From assembly GCA_963823665.1 (NCBI GenBank), contig CAWGMQ010000004.1:2432001-2496000 (forward strand): DNA of 64,000 bases, given 5' to 3'. The stretch is from an uncultured Planctomycetota bacterium. Lineage in GTDB: Bacteria > Planctomycetota > Planctomycetia > Isosphaerales > Isosphaeraceae. The first letter of the stretch is position 1. Each line of letters begins with the position of its first letter. The translations under genes were made by a program, and so were the position numbers. Of the stretch, positions 62,185 through 64,000 are shown piece after piece. The notes beneath the pieces are model-generated. The model was not told the DNA's origin. It saw only the letters and a program-made list of their open reading frames with translations, and did not search any database.

Positions 62185-62799
62185 TCATCGCCTCCGTTCG
62201 GCCAACAGCCGTCGCCCCTCTTCGCGGAGCATCCGGCCGACACGCTTATTGGCGGTGAACGCGGCGCAGTATGAGATGCCCGCGGCGTCTGAGGCCTCAC
62301 GGACAGATTGTCCCAGGACGGCGATCCCCCAGAAAACCTGCCACGTCCGTTCCTCAACCCGTCGCCGCACGCCGTCCTGAACCTCCTCCGCCAGTCGGAG
62401 CAGAAGCGGGCGTTCCGATGCCGCGCCTTCCTCGGCGTCGAAACATAGAGCGGCGTCCTGCCAGAGCGACGCGGCCGCGCGAACCTCCAGCGTTCGCACG
62501 GCGTCGGCCTTCTTCTTCCGCAGCAAATCGATCGCCCGCGACTGGCACAACCGGCGCAGCCAACCGCGAAACGTCATGCCCGGGTCGTACCGGAAGGATC
62601 GCATTCGCCGCGCCAGATCGATCCAGACGCGCTGGCAAAGTTCTTCGGTGGTCTCGGCGTCGAGCCGGTATCGACTGGAAGCGGACCGGATCACCGGATC
62701 ATAACGCGTGACGAAATCGACCCACGCTTCGTGGTCGCGCCAGTCACCCAGACGGTTCAGAAGAGTCGGATTGGTCGTGCCCGCATCGCCGCGGATCAT
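62185..62799 (-). CDS. ECF sigma-70 factor (kinase-associated planctomycete type)
   Basis: T..TLL.RL.D..D.EAW..F..RY, F.YDP..TFRGWL and TWQVFW; directly upstream of the kinase. Confidence 0.85.
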   Translation of the reverse strand: MIRGDAGTTNPTLLNRLGDWRDHEAWVDFVTRYDPVIRSASSRYRLDAETTEELCQRVWIDLARRMRSFRYDPGMTFRGWLRRLCQSRAIDLLRKKKADAVRTLEVRAAASLWQDAALCFDAEEGAASERPLLLRLAEEVQDGVRRRVEERTWQVFWGIAVLGQSVREASDAAGISYCAAFTANKRVGRMLREEGRRLLAERRR

Positions 62800-63038
62800 C
62801 GATGAAACCTCGGGTCTGGGTTGTCCAGCCGCACACAATCGCGAGGTGCCGTGATAATACCCTTCGTACTACTCTGTGCAGGGGCTCGGTCCGTCTCATT
62901 GTACCGGGCATGCCAGCACCCAAGCCACTAGCTAACGCCAGAGACCGGCTGAACCAGTACACGGAAACGGACCGCCGCCAACGCGTGTCCTTTTCTTTCA
63001 ACGCGTGTCCTATTCTGTTAATCGGAGAGGTTTTGACC

Positions 63039-63806
63039 ATGAAGCGAACGTGCCGAATCCTTCTGTCCCTCACTTTGTTTTCCATCATTCCGGCCGTGAG
63101 AGCCGGAAATGTTGCCGATCTGAGCGCCGATTGGAGCGACTCAAACAACCCCAATACTGCGACATTCGGCACCTGGTCCTACCGGCAAGGCTCATCCCTA
63201 TTGCCTGAGGTTCCGAATTGGACTGCGAACGGCACGGTCGGCTTCACGGTGACTCAACCCGCTTGGGCTCCCAGCAACACCGGCGGAGATTTTCTCCCGG
63301 GCGAATTCAAGGCGAGGAGTGTGCCAACCGGCGCTGGGTACGATTGGCAGGTCGGCGACGTCGTCGTCCACACGACCGATTCGGGGAATGGGGACTCGAA
63401 TGGCCCGGCCAACTTCCTCTGGACCAGTCCAAACATGGGGACTGTCAACATCTCCGGTAGCGTGTGGGAGGCGGCAACCCTTTCCGGCCGAGATAATTCT
63501 TGGTCGCTGCTCGTGAATGGCATCGTCGTCTCCAGCGGCGCCAGTATTGACGGCCACGATCGCGCGAATCCGTTCCTTTTTGGCGATGGCACCGGCGGTA
63601 CCGCGGCCTTGACACAAAACGTCGCTGCCGGTTCAACCATCGATCTCCAGATCACTAAGACCACCACTTTTGGGTTCTTCGTGGGGGCGAACTTTACCAT
63701 CACAGAATCCTCCGCAGTCCCCGAACCCAGTAGCCTCGTCCTTGGCGGGCTCGCGGTCTCGGCCCTCGCGATTACTGCCTTGGCCCGACGGATTGGGAAG
63801 ATCTAA
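63039..63806 (+). CDS. PEP-CTERM sorting-domain secreted protein
   Basis: Signal peptide; C-terminal VPEPSSLVL-TM-RR; ggagagg RBS. Confidence 0.9.
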   Translation: MKRTCRILLSLTLFSIIPAVRAGNVADLSADWSDSNNPNTATFGTWSYRQGSSLLPEVPNWTANGTVGFTVTQPAWAPSNTGGDFLPGEFKARSVPTGAGYDWQVGDVVVHTTDSGNGDSNGPANFLWTSPNMGTVNISGSVWEAATLSGRDNSWSLLVNGIVVSSGASIDGHDRANPFLFGDGTGGTAALTQNVAAGSTIDLQITKTTTFGFFVGANFTITESSAVPEPSSLVLGGLAVSALAITALARRIGKI

Positions 63807-64000
63807 CGAGGCTCTGCCTCAGACCGACGGGATGTAACCAAAGATGGCTCCGGTCGTGCCTAAGACGGGGTATTCTCGAAAGCATCCCCAAATCGAACCG
63901 CGTAGCGGTTAACTCGGGCCGGGTTGCCGATGCGCGTCCGTGCATGGAGGGTCCTCGGCAGTGCGGCGCTGGGCTGGAGGAAGCTGGCCCTTGTCGAGCT

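Overview
GC-rich bacterial DNA, almost certainly a planctomycete (Isosphaera/Singulisphaera-like). This rests on LExRxLL-type extracellular N-termini, a YTV-repeat protein, a TIGR03067-type protein and an ECF sigma-Ser/Thr kinase pair. The sequence has many single-base indels, mostly in homopolymers, so several genes appear split; these look like long-read assembly errors. Left to right: a >3,800-aa surface protein with near-identical 435-bp repeats; an Lhr-type helicase plus metallophosphoesterase; TPR and multiheme cytochrome genes; a pilin-like gene; a YTV protein; a HEAT protein; an APC permease; an IS1182-family element inserted in a REP-like palindrome; and miscellaneous genes. The highlight is an ~8.4-kb, nine-gene co-directional operon (35243-43609) encoding a complete, eukaryote-like and largely membrane-anchored ubiquitination-like system: Ubl(GG)-membrane fusion, E1, JAB/MPN protease, FHA membrane protein, zinc-ribbon membrane protein, two RING-type proteins (one fused to a trypsin-like protease), a UBC-fold E2 and a DUF2752-like protein. 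After it come zwf/opcA, a gene with an RNEP repeat array, and two perfect 26-bp tmRNA-3'-like direct repeats that suggest tandem island remnants. These carry a DUF11 adhesin, a DPP-IV gene fragment and an ECF/kinase/PEP-CTERM module. All family assignments come from motif recognition by eye; no searches were run.
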